A DNA stretch of 64,000 bases from Nitrospirota bacterium (GCA_963699545.1 CAVOUE010000003.1:384001-448000); one strand, 5' to 3'; shown: positions 21,231 to 31,937, numbered from the stretch's first letter. Numbers and translations are program-made. The notes: generated by a model not told the origin, from the letters alone.

Positions 21231-22232
21231 ATGGGATCCATAGTTGCTTTCTTTGCAGTGATTGCACTTGTCCTGGCCGCATTCGTAGGTGTGAGCGCCG
21301 GGAACATGCACTTTCTCTTTGGCGTTGTTATCCCCTATGCGGCAATAATCATTTTCATAACCGGCTTTGTGTTCCGGGTTCTGAAATGGGGGAGTTCGCC
21401 GGTGCCCTTCTGTATACCCACGACCTGCGGACAGCAGAAATCCCTGCCGTGGATTAAGCAGAGCACCATCGATAATCCCTCCACCGCACCGGGCGTCATC
21501 GTGAGGATGGCGTTGGAGGTGCTTCTCTTCCGCTCACTGTTCAGGAACCTCAAAACGCAGCTGAGTGAGGGCCAGAGACTTGCCTATGGTGAAGCAAAGT
21601 GGCTCTGGCTGGCAGGGCTGGCTTTTCACTGGTCATTCCTGATCATTTTAGTGAGGCATCTGAGATTCTTTATCGCGCAGGTGCCTGTTCCCATCAAGAT
21701 GATCGAAGGCCTCGACAGTTTTTTGCAGGTCGGCGCGCCGCTTTTTTACATCAGTGACGCGGTGATCCTGCTGGCGGTGACCTATCTTTTTCTGCGGAGG
21801 GTCTTTCTTCCGCAGATGCGTTATATTTCCCTCCCGGCTGACTATTTCCCTCTTTTCCTGATCCTGGGCATCGCAGTCTCCGGCGTGCTCATGAGGTATT
21901 TCCTCAAGACAAATATTACGGGGGTCAAGGAGTTGGCGCTCGGGCTGGCCAGCTTTGTTAACCCTGATGCGAAACTCCTTGGGAGCATAGGTGTCATCTT
22001 TTACATCCATCTCTTCCTTATCAGCATTCTCTTCGCCTATTTTCCCTTCAGCAAACTGATGCACATGGGCGGGGTCTTCATGAGCCCGACGAGGAACATG
22101 GTGAACAACAGTCGTATGAAAAGACGTATCAATCCCTGGAATTACCCTGTGAAGGTGCATACGTATGACGAGTATGAGGATGACTTCAGGGAAAAGATGA
22201 AAGGGGCTGGGATACCAGTGGAAAAGGAGTAA
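21231..22232 (+). CDS. dsrM: DsrM, cytochrome b membrane subunit
   Basis: IPTTCGQQKSL, FHWSF, YFPFSKLMH. Confidence 0.96.
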   Translation: MGSIVAFFAVIALVLAAFVGVSAGNMHFLFGVVIPYAAIIIFITGFVFRVLKWGSSPVPFCIPTTCGQQKSLPWIKQSTIDNPSTAPGVIVRMALEVLLFRSLFRNLKTQLSEGQRLAYGEAKWLWLAGLAFHWSFLIILVRHLRFFIAQVPVPIKMIEGLDSFLQVGAPLFYISDAVILLAVTYLFLRRVFLPQMRYISLPADYFPLFLILGIAVSGVLMRYFLKTNITGVKELALGLASFVNPDAKLLGSIGVIFYIHLFLISILFAYFPFSKLMHMGGVFMSPTRNMVNNSRMKRRINPWNYPVKVHTYDEYEDDFREKMKGAGIPVEKE

Positions 22233-22234
22233 CT

Positions 22235-23848
22235 ATGGCAAAATTTACCGCAAAACCGGATGAACTGGCAAAGATAGATTTCAGGCCTCCAGAGAAACAC
22301 TGGATGGATACTCCTGTCGAGATCAGGGAACATATGTTCTGTCACGCCGCCAAACCGAAGGAACTGGAAACCGTCAGTTTTCCCAATGCGCACGAGTGGA
22401 GACCCAATGACGAGGACTGGAAACTGCCGGAAAACTGGGAACGGACGATCCTGGAGGGAATGAAAGACCTCCTGGGGAAATACCGCTCTTTCAGGCTCTT
22501 CATGGATATTTGCGTACGATGCGGAGCCTGTGCCGACAAGTGCCATTTCTTCATCGGCACCGGAGACCCAAAGAATATGCCTGTTCTCAGGGCCGAACTG
22601 ATGCGTTCGGTGTACAGGGGGAACTTCACCCTGGCAGGGAAGATCCTGAGGAAGCTCGCCGGGGCAAGGGATCTAACGGTGAATGTGCTGAAGGAGTGGT
22701 GGTATTACTTCTACCAGTGCACTGAATGCCGCCGCTGTTCCGTATTCTGTCCCTACGGCATTGACCAGGCCGAGATCACGATGATGGGCAGGGAACTCAC
22801 CAATTTGATCGGTCTCAACATAGGATGGATAGCCGGCCCTGTGGCAGCCTGCTACATGAAGGGAAACCATCTCGGGCTGGAACCCCACACCATCACTTCG
22901 AGTATGGAATTTTTTGTGGATGATATAGAGACCATTACCGGAATCAGGGTGAACCCCACATTCAACCGGAAAGGTGCCGAGATACTCTTTGTCACCCCTT
23001 CCGGCGATCTCTTTGCAAACCCCGGTACCTACACTGCGATGGGATATCTGATGCTCTTTCACGAGCTGGGACTTGACTACACCTGGAGCACCTATGCTTC
23101 CGAGGGAGGCAACTTCGGTTTCTTTACGACCAACGAGATGGCAAAGAGGCTGAATTCTAAGATATATGCCGAGGCAAAGCGGCTTGGCGTAAAGTGGATC
23201 CTGGGCGGCGAGTGCGGCCACATGTGGCGGGTGATCCACCAGTACATGGACACATGGAACGGCCCGGCCGATTTCCTTGAAGCGCCGGTATCTCCCATCA
23301 CCGGCACACGGTTCGAAAATGCGAGATCCGCCAAGATGGTCCACATTGCGGAATTTACCGCTGACCTTATCAAACACGGAAAACTGAAGCTGGATCCGGG
23401 CCGTAACGATCATCTGAAGGTGACGTTCCATGACTCCTGCAACACGTCCAGGGGCATGGGGCTGCTGGAGGAACCGCGGTATATCGTCAAGAATATCTGT
23501 AACCATTTTTACGAGATGCCGGAAGACACCATCAGGGAAAAGACCTTCTGTTGCGGAAGCGGCACCGGGTTGAATGCATCAGAGAATATGGAGTTGAGGC
23601 TGAGGGGAGGCTTCCCCAGGGCAAATGCTGTGAAGTACGTCAGCGAACACTACGGGGTGAATATGCTCGCCAATGTCTGTGCCATTGACAGGGCTACCCT
23701 CTCCACCTCCATGGAGTATTGGGTCCCCGGGGTGGGCGTCGCCGGTGTTCACGAACTCGTCGGCAATGCCCTTGTGATGAAGGGGGAGAAGGAGAGGACC
23801 CAGGATCTGCGCCTTGAACCTCTCCCGGGGAAGGAAGGTGACGAGTGA
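22235..23848 (+). CDS. dsrK: DsrK, Fe-S/CCG subunit
   Basis: CVRCGACADKC, CTECRRCSVFCP, GECGH, HDSC, CCGSG. Confidence 0.97.
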   Translation: MAKFTAKPDELAKIDFRPPEKHWMDTPVEIREHMFCHAAKPKELETVSFPNAHEWRPNDEDWKLPENWERTILEGMKDLLGKYRSFRLFMDICVRCGACADKCHFFIGTGDPKNMPVLRAELMRSVYRGNFTLAGKILRKLAGARDLTVNVLKEWWYYFYQCTECRRCSVFCPYGIDQAEITMMGRELTNLIGLNIGWIAGPVAACYMKGNHLGLEPHTITSSMEFFVDDIETITGIRVNPTFNRKGAEILFVTPSGDLFANPGTYTAMGYLMLFHELGLDYTWSTYASEGGNFGFFTTNEMAKRLNSKIYAEAKRLGVKWILGGECGHMWRVIHQYMDTWNGPADFLEAPVSPITGTRFENARSAKMVHIAEFTADLIKHGKLKLDPGRNDHLKVTFHDSCNTSRGMGLLEEPRYIVKNICNHFYEMPEDTIREKTFCCGSGTGLNASENMELRLRGGFPRANAVKYVSEHYGVNMLANVCAIDRATLSTSMEYWVPGVGVAGVHELVGNALVMKGEKERTQDLRLEPLPGKEGDE

Positions 23849-24252
23849 TGAAACTCTATGGTGGCGGAAAGATCATTGCCGGGCTTATCATCTTTTTCTT
23901 TCTGGTGACGTTCCCCTTTTTCCTTAATATCGGAAAGGTGAATGCCAAGCCGGATCTCAAAATCGATACCCCTGAGATACAGAAACTGGCGGAAAAGAAG
24001 TGCATAGAGCCGAAGGCGTTCATGAGGGCCGAGCATATGAAATTGCTGAATGACTGGAGGGATTTTGCGGTGCGGAACGGCGAGAGGCTTTACGTGAATT
24101 CTGAAGGAAAGAAATTCACCATCAGTCTTCAGAATACTTGCATGCACTGCCATTCGAACAAGAAAAAGTTCTGCGATGAATGCCACAACTATATGGCGGT
24201 GAATCCATACTGCTGGACATGCCATATAGCACCGAAGGAGAAGGAGTCATGA
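23845..24252 (+). CDS. dsrJ: DsrJ, trihaem cytochrome c
   Basis: CMHCH, CDECH, CWTCH plus HMKLLNDWRD. Confidence 0.95.
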   Translation: MMKLYGGGKIIAGLIIFFFLVTFPFFLNIGKVNAKPDLKIDTPEIQKLAEKKCIEPKAFMRAEHMKLLNDWRDFAVRNGERLYVNSEGKKFTISLQNTCMHCHSNKKKFCDECHNYMAVNPYCWTCHIAPKEKES

Positions 24253-25073
24253 GCATGGACAGAAGGCAGTTCCTAAAGATAGCAGGCATTTCGACCGTTT
24301 TGGGACTGGGGGGCACGTCGGTTGTCAATGAGCTCACGAAGGGAGGGGTTGAGGCTTCTCACGTTCTGACCGACGAGAAGGCTTTGACCGCAAAGAGATG
24401 GGCCATGGTCATCAATGTGGACAAGTTCAAGACCGAAGAGGAATACAAGAGAGTCGTAAAGGCCTGTCACAGCATCCACAACGTGCCTGATATCGGAAAT
24501 CCTAAAGACGAGATCAAATGGATATGGACCGACACGTATGAACACACCTTCCCTACCCAGCCGAATGAGTACATCACGGAGAGCATCAAGCATAAGCCCT
24601 TTGTCCTTCTTTGTAACCACTGCGCGAATCCTCCGTGCGTGAGGGTTTGCCCCACCAAGGCTACGTTCAAGAGACCGGACGGGATTGTGATGATGGATCA
24701 GCATCGCTGTATCGGTTGCAGATTCTGCATGGCTGGATGCCCGTTCGGGGCGAGAAGCTTTAACTACAGAGATCCGAGGCCCTTTATCAAGGAGGAGAAC
24801 AAGGAATATCCCACGAGAGCGATAGGTGTCGTCGAAAAATGCACTTTCTGTTTTGAGCGTCTTGCCAAAGGCCTTATCCCGGCGTGTGTGGAGGCGTCCC
24901 AGCATGCTGCTAAAGAAAACGGCAGGGAACCAGGGATGTATTTCGGTGACCTCGATGATCCAGCCTCTGAAGTCAGAAAGGTCCTCAGCACCCATTACAC
25001 GATTAGGCGTAAGCCCGAGCTTGGAACAGAGCCCGGCGTTTTTTACGTTATAGGAGGTGACAGGAATGCTTGA
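24249..25073 (+). CDS. dsrO: DsrO, periplasmic Fe-S protein
   Basis: Tat signal [38 protein letters not shown]. Confidence 0.95.
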   Translation: MSMDRRQFLKIAGISTVLGLGGTSVVNELTKGGVEASHVLTDEKALTAKRWAMVINVDKFKTEEEYKRVVKACHSIHNVPDIGNPKDEIKWIWTDTYEHTFPTQPNEYITESIKHKPFVLLCNHCANPPCVRVCPTKATFKRPDGIVMMDQHRCIGCRFCMAGCPFGARSFNYRDPRPFIKEENKEYPTRAIGVVEKCTFCFERLAKGLIPACVEASQHAAKENGREPGMYFGDLDDPASEVRKVLSTHYTIRRKPELGTEPGVFYVIGGDRNA

Positions 25074-26238
25074 AAAAGCGTTAACAGGAAGTCGAAGATA
25101 CTGGACTTGGGTATTCTTTTTGCTTGCCCTTGTCGGGATAGGTTTCATTAACTATCTCTATCAGTTCAAGAACGGTCTTGGAATAACCGGCATGAGCAGG
25201 GACGTTTCGTGGGGTCTGTATATTGGACAGTTTACCTTCCTCGTCGGTGTTGCGGCTTCTGCGGTGATGCTGGTCATTCCCCATTATCTGCACGACTTCA
25301 AGAAATTCGGAAAGATCGTCATCCTCGGAGAGTTCCTTGCCGTCGCTGCGGTGACCATGTGCGTATTGTTCATCTTTGTGGATCTGGGTCAGCCGATGAG
25401 AGTACTCAATGTGGTGCTGTACCCTACTCCCAATTCCATTCTGTTCTGGGATGCGATCGTTCTGAACGTCTATCTCATACTGAACATTACGATCGGCTGG
25501 GTGACCCTCGGCTCGGACCGGAAAGGGGTGAAACCGCCTCAATGGATTAAGCCACTGATCTATCTGTCGATCCCCTGGGCGTTCAGCATCCATACCGTTA
25601 CGGCCTTTCTCTATGCCGGTCTTCCGGGAAGGCATTTCTGGCTGAGCGCCATAATGGCAGCCCGCTTCCTGGCATCTGCTTTTGCCGGAGGCCCTGCGCT
25701 TCTTATCATTCTTGCACTGATTGTGAGAAAACTGACCAAGTTTGATCCCGGGAAAGAGCCGATTCAGGCGGTGGGAAAGATCGTGACCTATGCCATGATC
25801 GCCAACGTGTTCTTCCTTGGACTGGAATTCTTTACCGCCTTCTACAGCCAGATACCGGGGCACATGCATTCGTTCGTCTACCTGTACACCGGGCTTGAAG
25901 GACACGGAAAGCTTGTTCCCCTGATGTGGGCTTCCACCATCCTTGCGGTGGTCTCTCTTGTCCTCCTGATCTTCCCCTCGTTGCGCAGGAAAGAGGGTGT
26001 GCTGGCAGCGGCCTGTGTGGCGTTATTTGTTTCCTTATGGATAGACAAGGGATTCGGTCTTGTAATCGGAGGGTTTATTCCGAACCCCTTCGAAGGAATT
26101 ACGGAATACTGGCCGAGTCTTCGCGAAACACTAATTGCCACTGGAATTTGGGCGTTGGGGTTCCTGGTGCTCACCCTGCTTTACAAGATAGCGGTGACAG
26201 TGAGGGAAGAGACCGCAGGGATAGAGATGGAACACTAG
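25066..26238 (+). CDS. dsrP: DsrP, NrfD-family membrane subunit
   Basis: [19 protein letters not shown], multiple TM helices. Confidence 0.95.
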   Translation: MLEKALTGSRRYWTWVFFLLALVGIGFINYLYQFKNGLGITGMSRDVSWGLYIGQFTFLVGVAASAVMLVIPHYLHDFKKFGKIVILGEFLAVAAVTMCVLFIFVDLGQPMRVLNVVLYPTPNSILFWDAIVLNVYLILNITIGWVTLGSDRKGVKPPQWIKPLIYLSIPWAFSIHTVTAFLYAGLPGRHFWLSAIMAARFLASAFAGGPALLIILALIVRKLTKFDPGKEPIQAVGKIVTYAMIANVFFLGLEFFTAFYSQIPGHMHSFVYLYTGLEGHGKLVPLMWASTILAVVSLVLLIFPSLRRKEGVLAAACVALFVSLWIDKGFGLVIGGFIPNPFEGITEYWPSLRETLIATGIWALGFLVLTLLYKIAVTVREETAGIEMEH

Positions 26239-26472
26239 AAGCACATCAGATATCTCATTCATCAAGAGGGCTATCCTGGGAAGGGTAGGGCCCTCTTGTG
26301 GTTTTGGGAAGCCGTGAAATCTGTGGCTGGAAGCGTGTACGCATCATGAGGAGGATGTCTAACGGAGATCAGGGGAAAAGCAAAGGTTCCGCCGCCGGTA
26401 TTGCCCCTGGAATTGATTTAGAGGCCGGATTTTATTTATAATAAGTGATAAAAATTAGGAGGTGATCATAAC

Positions 26473-26658
26473 GTGTACATGGTTACAGTAGACGCGGCAA
26501 AATGCGAGGGTTGTGAGGAGTGCGTAAATGTCTGCCCCCAAGGCGTATTCCAGATGGCCGCAACCAAGTCGGATCCGTATCAGACCGCGGAATGTGTTTT
26601 CTGTGAAAGCTGTCTTGGAGTGTGTCCTACAACTGCCATAGCCATAAATGAGATGTAG
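26473..26658 (+). CDS. 2[4Fe-4S] ferredoxin
   Basis: CEGCEECVNVCP and CVFCESCLGVCP; SD AGGAGGT. Confidence 0.93.
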   Translation: MYMVTVDAAKCEGCEECVNVCPQGVFQMAATKSDPYQTAECVFCESCLGVCPTTAIAINEM

Positions 26659-26672
26659 GATCAGCGCGAGGA

Positions 26673-26718
26673 GCAATAAAAAAGGGGATGCTTTTCACCG
26701 CATCCCCTTTTTTATTGC
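26673..26718. terminator. Bidirectional intrinsic terminator
   Basis: GCAATAAAAAAGGGGATGC...GCATCCCCTTTTTTATTGC between convergent genes. Confidence 0.9.
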
Positions 26719-26764
26719 CTAAACAGAAGGGCGAAGTCTCAAAGGATGAAGAGTGCCTCTTCTC

Positions 26765-27016
26765 CTATGACTTCTGTATATAGAGTTCCCAGTACCCCTT
26801 GTCCTCGAGCTTAACCGACTCAAACTTGAACCCCTGCTTCTCACAATAGCGGGGGAGGGAGTCCTCTGCCGAGGCGGGCGCATCACAGAGGACCTTCAGC
26901 AACCCGCCGCTCGGTAGTTTCTCTAATGCCTTCTTGCTCAATACCAGGGGATAGGGGCATACCCTTCCCAGGACGTCAAGCGTCTCCGTTGGTGTCATAC
27001 TGCTCAGTTCTCCCAT
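26765..27016 (-). CDS. tusA: Sulfurtransferase TusA family
   Basis: LDVLGRVCPYP (CPxP) motif. Confidence 0.9.
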   Translation of the reverse strand: MGELSSMTPTETLDVLGRVCPYPLVLSKKALEKLPSGGLLKVLCDAPASAEDSLPRYCEKQGFKFESVKLEDKGYWELYIQKS

Positions 27017-27027
27017 ACATTTCCTCC

Positions 27028-27441
27028 TTAAAAGAACAAGAGATGGTTCGCTGAGTCCATCTCCTTCATGATCTCGCTGAATGCCACAACACTTGCCCTG
27101 GTCTCACCACCGATGTCCTCCGCGTCCATGATCAGGGCATCTTCAGAGATTCCGAACTTATCTACGTCCTCCTTACAGATCAGGACCCTTAGGTCAAGGA
27201 GGAGAGAGTTTTTTATATGCTGCTCGAGGCTTGTCACCCCGTACGTGTTCATGGCCTTCTGATCCTTGAGGCAGTTTAACACACCGTCTCCGATAAATGC
27301 CAGAACCGGCTCAACATTCTCGCCGTCCTCAAGATAAATCTCCACTGTCTGGCTCGCAATGGCGTGGGTTAATGCCAGTCTCGAAGCCTCCGTTTTATAG
27401 GGAAGGCTTTTCACTACGAATGCGAATTTCTTGATAGCCAT
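27028..27441 (-). CDS. DsrF/TusC-like protein
   Basis: FVVKSLPY, AFIGDGVLNCLKDQ, ICKEDV; lies in dsrH/E-like operon. Confidence 0.75.
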   Translation of the reverse strand: MAIKKFAFVVKSLPYKTEASRLALTHAIASQTVEIYLEDGENVEPVLAFIGDGVLNCLKDQKAMNTYGVTSLEQHIKNSLLLDLRVLICKEDVDKFGISEDALIMDAEDIGGETRASVVAFSEIMKEMDSANHLLFF

Positions 27442-27442
27442 A

Positions 27443-27805
27443 TTAATCACCTCCGATATGAAGGACCTTGTCTGCGCCGAAACAGCTCGCAAGATACCAG
27501 TCCATGCTGTGGCGCTTAAACCCTTCCATGGTATCTTCTTTATGGTATCCCCTCGCCTCAGCACACGCCTCACAGGCTGTTGCTTGGAAATTTCCTGTTG
27601 CAAATAGTTCCTGGAGCTTCTTCTCTAAAGCCGAATAATCCTTAAAAGCCCTCTGTCCCTTTTTCGAGAGCATTGTCGCATTGCCTGACACCCATAAATC
27701 GACTTTATGCCCCTTTTTTATCGCAGCCTCCGACAGCTTTACCGCAAAGTCCAGAGATAAAGAACCTACAAGTGATGAAAAAACACCGATCGTCAATTTA
27801 CCCAT
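27443..27805 (-). CDS. DsrE/TusD-like sulfurtransferase
   Basis: AAIKKGHKVDLWVSGNA, ACEACAEARG. Confidence 0.8.
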   Translation of the reverse strand: MGKLTIGVFSSLVGSLSLDFAVKLSEAAIKKGHKVDLWVSGNATMLSKKGQRAFKDYSALEKKLQELFATGNFQATACEACAEARGYHKEDTMEGFKRHSMDWYLASCFGADKVLHIGGD

Positions 27806-27814
27806 GATACCCCC

Positions 27815-28111
27815 CTATATCCATATGAGCTTCTCGTATTCGTTGAAGATCAGATCTACGAGATCATTGTATGTTATAGCCTTGACCCTGCTGTCAATAT
27901 CGGTTTCTGCGAACCCCCTTATCTGCAAATCTTCCGCGAGCGCATAGAGGTGAGGAGACTTCCCCAGTATCGGAGACTGTTTGCCGCCCTCTTTCACTTT
28001 CGCATGATAGACTCCGTTGCTGACGAGGATAATGCCAAGGGTGTCAGCCTTTAATCTTAATAAGGTGTCGTCCATATTCCTGAAGTCGCTGACAAGCACA
28101 CCTAATTTCAT
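27815..28111 (-). CDS. DsrH/TusB-like protein
   Basis: ILVSNGVY, YALAEDLQIRG, ITYNDLVDLI. Confidence 0.82.
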   Translation of the reverse strand: MKLGVLVSDFRNMDDTLLRLKADTLGIILVSNGVYHAKVKEGGKQSPILGKSPHLYALAEDLQIRGFAETDIDSRVKAITYNDLVDLIFNEYEKLIWI

Positions 28112-28226
28112 GAAACACCTCCTGGGAACATAAATTTTGGGAGTGCAATTTTATATCACTTGGAGTGATAAATTGTAAATAAAAAATCCTTTATAAATTC
28201 ATTAGTATTTGTTATAACTTACAGGC

Positions 28227-29237
28227 ATGAAGCACGATGTAACGATGATACAGGGCGATCGGGACAGGCCGACGGCGGTTTTCATACACGGATTAGGTAT
28301 GGATAAGAGGATATGGGAATCTCCCGATGAGGCGAGAGTGTTAGGGGGAAGGTTTCCTGTCAACCTGTTCATGGGCAGGGAACCAAAGCCTGAGATGAAA
28401 GAGGGAGGTGAGCAGGGGGAGATATCGAGAGGACTTTTCCTGGGTGAGCCATTGACGGGCCTCTCCACACTCTTCCATAGCCTCAGAGAACAGGGGTACA
28501 CGGTTATTACATGGAGCCAGCAGAGGCCTTCGGCGGAGATTGACAGCGCGGTCTCAGAGCTCAAAGATATCGTGACAATGTTCGAAGATTACGGGAGAGC
28601 AGGGATGGTTCTCATAGGCCACAGCAGGGGCGGGCTGGTGGCCAGGAAATATCTTGCCAGCGGTGACAAAAGAATTCGATGCCTGGTCACCCTGGCCACG
28701 CCTCATAAAGGCAGCAGGATGGCCCGATGGGTGGAGTATATCACTCCCCTGACATCGCTCATCCATCACTTTCTTCCGGATTCAGAGAAGGGCACAGTCA
28801 TATATGCGGCAAAAAGGACCTTCGATTTCCTGCGGAGCAAGGCAGTGAAAGAATTGCTGCCGGATTCCCGGGTCTTCAGGTCTCTCGATGATGATACAGC
28901 TCGCAAGGGGGTATATTATCTCTCAGTGGGGGGAAATAATCCGACCCTCTTTTCCGTGTACCGAAGGGTGATTGAGCCGATCCGGGACGGTGGGGAAGAG
29001 CGCTTCATGGTGAACCCCCTGAGGGTCTTTTCCGTTCCCGATATCCTTGAGAAGGTGATCCCTGCAAGGCTTTTCCCTGATGAGATGAAACAGGGAAAGG
29101 GGGACGGGTTTGTATCTGTGGAGAGTTCCATGCTTCCGTGGTCTGATGAACATCATGATGTTGCCGTGAACCATGCCGGAATACTTTTTGATGAGCGAGT
29201 AAAACGGGTGGTTGTCGATGCGCTCAATCATCTGTGA
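28227..29237 (+). CDS. Alpha/beta hydrolase (lipase/esterase-like)
   Basis: FIHGLG, GHSRGG, TLATPHKGS, GDGFV, VNHAGIL. Confidence 0.85.
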   Translation: MKHDVTMIQGDRDRPTAVFIHGLGMDKRIWESPDEARVLGGRFPVNLFMGREPKPEMKEGGEQGEISRGLFLGEPLTGLSTLFHSLREQGYTVITWSQQRPSAEIDSAVSELKDIVTMFEDYGRAGMVLIGHSRGGLVARKYLASGDKRIRCLVTLATPHKGSRMARWVEYITPLTSLIHHFLPDSEKGTVIYAAKRTFDFLRSKAVKELLPDSRVFRSLDDDTARKGVYYLSVGGNNPTLFSVYRRVIEPIRDGGEERFMVNPLRVFSVPDILEKVIPARLFPDEMKQGKGDGFVSVESSMLPWSDEHHDVAVNHAGILFDERVKRVVVDALNHL

Positions 29238-29500
29238 GCTTTTGAGCTCTTCATGAGCCCCGGGAAGTCCTACCCGCACACGGGAGGGGACATCGTATAT
29301 AATGAATGATAGCAGGCCGGTTTTGAGGAGGTGGGGAGGGAAGCCTGTTGAAACGACGGTCTGCGTATTCCCGGGGATTGCTTGACAAAGAGGGAGTAAT
29401 GCTGTAAATGTAATAAGAGATTTGCTCGTAACCTTCACGGTGTTACGGGGCTGTTCATTTCAGAGGCTGGTTTCCGGCCTGCATGAGGCAATAATGGAGG

Positions 29501-29926
29501 ATGGTCATGGCGAGTAAGAAACTGCAGGATATGCTCAACGACGCAATTGCAAGAGAGATTCAGGTAACTGTCCAGTATATGTGGCAGCATGTGATGGTGA
29601 AAGGTATCAATGCCGAGTCAGTGGGCGGTGTTTTCAAAGGCATTGCGATCACGGAGATGAAGCATGCTGAGGCGATCGCTGAGAGGCTTGATTACCTTGG
29701 GGGCGTGCCCACAACAAAACCGACGCCCATAGCGATCGGGAAAACAGCGAAAGAGATGCTTCAGATTAATAAGAAAGCCGAGGAAGATGCGATCAAACTG
29801 TATAACGAGATCATTTCCGTTGCTTCCAGAGAAGGTGATGTTGTGACCAGAAAACTCTTTGAGTCTATCCTTTCGGAGGAAGAAGGTCATCACAATACGT
29901 TCAGCACCTTGCTGGAAAAGGATTGA
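29501..29926 (+). CDS. Ferritin-like / bacterioferritin-family protein
   Basis: ARE..QY, EMKHAE, EEDAI, EEEGH di-iron ligands. Confidence 0.88.
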   Translation: MVMASKKLQDMLNDAIAREIQVTVQYMWQHVMVKGINAESVGGVFKGIAITEMKHAEAIAERLDYLGGVPTTKPTPIAIGKTAKEMLQINKKAEEDAIKLYNEIISVASREGDVVTRKLFESILSEEEGHHNTFSTLLEKD

Positions 29927-30187
29927 TCTCAGCGTTGCGGTTACCGCGGTGAGCAGTCAGTCCGCTGATGATGGATGTGCTGACTGCCCGTTGCAGGAAA
30001 GAGAGATGAAGGAGCAGGGGATAAAGAGCAATACTTCTCGAATCGCATCCTAACGAGCCGGTATCCTTAGGAGAGCATTCACCCTGTGCTGGCTTTCCCT
30101 TTTTGATTTTCACTTGCCCCCGGAAAGTTAAGTGTTCATGGTAACGAGGTGTTTCCTATCCCATAGAATGAAGAAAAGGAGGAAAGA

Positions 30188-31402
30188 ATGAAAGCCGTTG
30201 AGATCAAGAACGGTATCTACTGGGTAGGCGCGATCGATTGGGCGGTGCGGGATTTCCATGGTTATGCGACGCCCCGGGGTACAACCTACAATAACTATCT
30301 TGTCATGGACGATGAGATAACCCTGCTCGATACCGTCAAATACGACTTTTCGGATATTACGATCAAGAACATCAGCAGTGTGGTGAATCCTTCGAGGATA
30401 AAGAACGTGGTGATCAACCACATCGAAAACGACCATGCCACGAGTCTCGACAGGATCATGGAGCTGGCCAAAGATGCCACTATTTATATCACTGAGAAGG
30501 GCAGGAAGGGGCTCGGGAGATTCTTTGATACATCAAAATGGAGCATAAAGGTGGTGAAGACAGGGGATACGTTGCGTATAGGGAAAAGGACGCTCCTCTT
30601 TATCGAGACACCGATGGTTCATTGGCCTGATTCCATGATGACGTACATAGAGGGGGAGAAGATCCTCATAAGCCAGGACGGTTTTGGCCAGCATATTGCA
30701 TCCGCGGTGAGGTTCGACGATGAGTTCGTCGGCTGCGAATCCCTGTCGGAGCTGGAAGACGCGGTTGTCGATTACTATGCCAATATCCTCATGCCGTTTG
30801 GTCCGGTGATCAAGAACAAGATTGCGGAGATTCAGAAGCTGGGACTGGAGATAGAGATCATCGCTCCCGATCACGGGATCATCTGGCGGGCAGGGGCGAA
30901 GCAGGTCATGCAGAGGTATCTTGACATGGCAGAGGGCAAGGCAAATCTGAGCGTGCCGATAGTATATGACACCATGTGGCAGAGCACTGAAAAGATGTGT
31001 TTGCCCATTATGCAGGGGATAAAAGATGAAGGAGTGGAGTGTAAGGTCATCAAACTAAGGGCCACGCCCATGAGTGTTGCCATCAAGGAGTTCTGGAAAG
31101 CCCGGGGATGTCTTGTCGGGACCCCTACGCTTAATAATATCATGTATCCGACAGTGGCGGAATTCCTCACTCACTTAAGGGGACTCAGACCGAAAAACCG
31201 GATTATGGGTGCCTTCGGGAGCTTCGGCTGGGGTGGTGGCGCCGTGAAGGAGGCCTATGAAGAGTTCAAGAGGATGGGCCTCGAAACCTTTGAGCCGGGA
31301 TTGCAGATTCTCTACCGGCCGTCGCTGGAAGATGAGCAGAAGTGCTACGACTTCGGAAGGGAATTTGCACAGAAGGTGAAGGAATATCATTCCCGGTTCT
31401 GA
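30188..31402 (+). CDS. Flavodiiron protein (FprA/ROO; O2/NO reductase)
   Basis: GTTYNNYL, NHIENDH, HWPDSM, APDHG, flavodoxin domain AFGSFGWGG. Confidence 0.93.
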   Translation: MKAVEIKNGIYWVGAIDWAVRDFHGYATPRGTTYNNYLVMDDEITLLDTVKYDFSDITIKNISSVVNPSRIKNVVINHIENDHATSLDRIMELAKDATIYITEKGRKGLGRFFDTSKWSIKVVKTGDTLRIGKRTLLFIETPMVHWPDSMMTYIEGEKILISQDGFGQHIASAVRFDDEFVGCESLSELEDAVVDYYANILMPFGPVIKNKIAEIQKLGLEIEIIAPDHGIIWRAGAKQVMQRYLDMAEGKANLSVPIVYDTMWQSTEKMCLPIMQGIKDEGVECKVIKLRATPMSVAIKEFWKARGCLVGTPTLNNIMYPTVAEFLTHLRGLRPKNRIMGAFGSFGWGGGAVKEAYEEFKRMGLETFEPGLQILYRPSLEDEQKCYDFGREFAQKVKEYHSRF

Positions 31403-31442
31403 GAGGGGTCAACCTACAGAGCTCACTCAATAAGGAGGGATC

Positions 31443-31937
31443 ATGACAAAGTCGGAAAAGGATCTTCAGGAGGCATTTGCCGGGGAGTCGCAGGCGAACA
31501 GGAAGTACCTTGCCTTTGCAAAGAAAGCGGAGGCGGAGGGGTTCAAACAGGTGGCACGGCTCTTCAGGGCTGCTGCGGAAGCCGAGACAGTTCACGCACA
31601 CAATCACCTGAAAGAGCTGGGCGGTATAAGGAGCACGAGGGAAAACATTGAAGAGGCGATTCACGGCGAATCCTACGAATTCCAGAAAATGTATCCGCAG
31701 ATGATCGAAGACGCGCAGGCCGAGGGGAACAAGGGAGCGCTGAGGACATTTGGCTATGCGAATGAGGTCGAGAAGGTCCATGCAGGGCTCTATCAAAAGG
31801 CATTGGACAATCTCGGCAAGAATGTGGAGGCCGACTATTCTGTCTGTCAGGTCTGCGGCTATACCGCCGAAGGCGAGCCCCCTGATGAATGCCCCGTATG
31901 CAAGGCGAAGAAACAGGCCTTCAGGAAGGTCGATTGA
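31443..31937 (+). CDS. rbr: Rubrerythrin
   Basis: AFAGESQANRKY, EAETVHA, CQVCGY...CPVC. Confidence 0.95.
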   Translation: MTKSEKDLQEAFAGESQANRKYLAFAKKAEAEGFKQVARLFRAAAEAETVHAHNHLKELGGIRSTRENIEEAIHGESYEFQKMYPQMIEDAQAEGNKGALRTFGYANEVEKVHAGLYQKALDNLGKNVEADYSVCQVCGYTAEGEPPDECPVCKAKKQAFRKVD

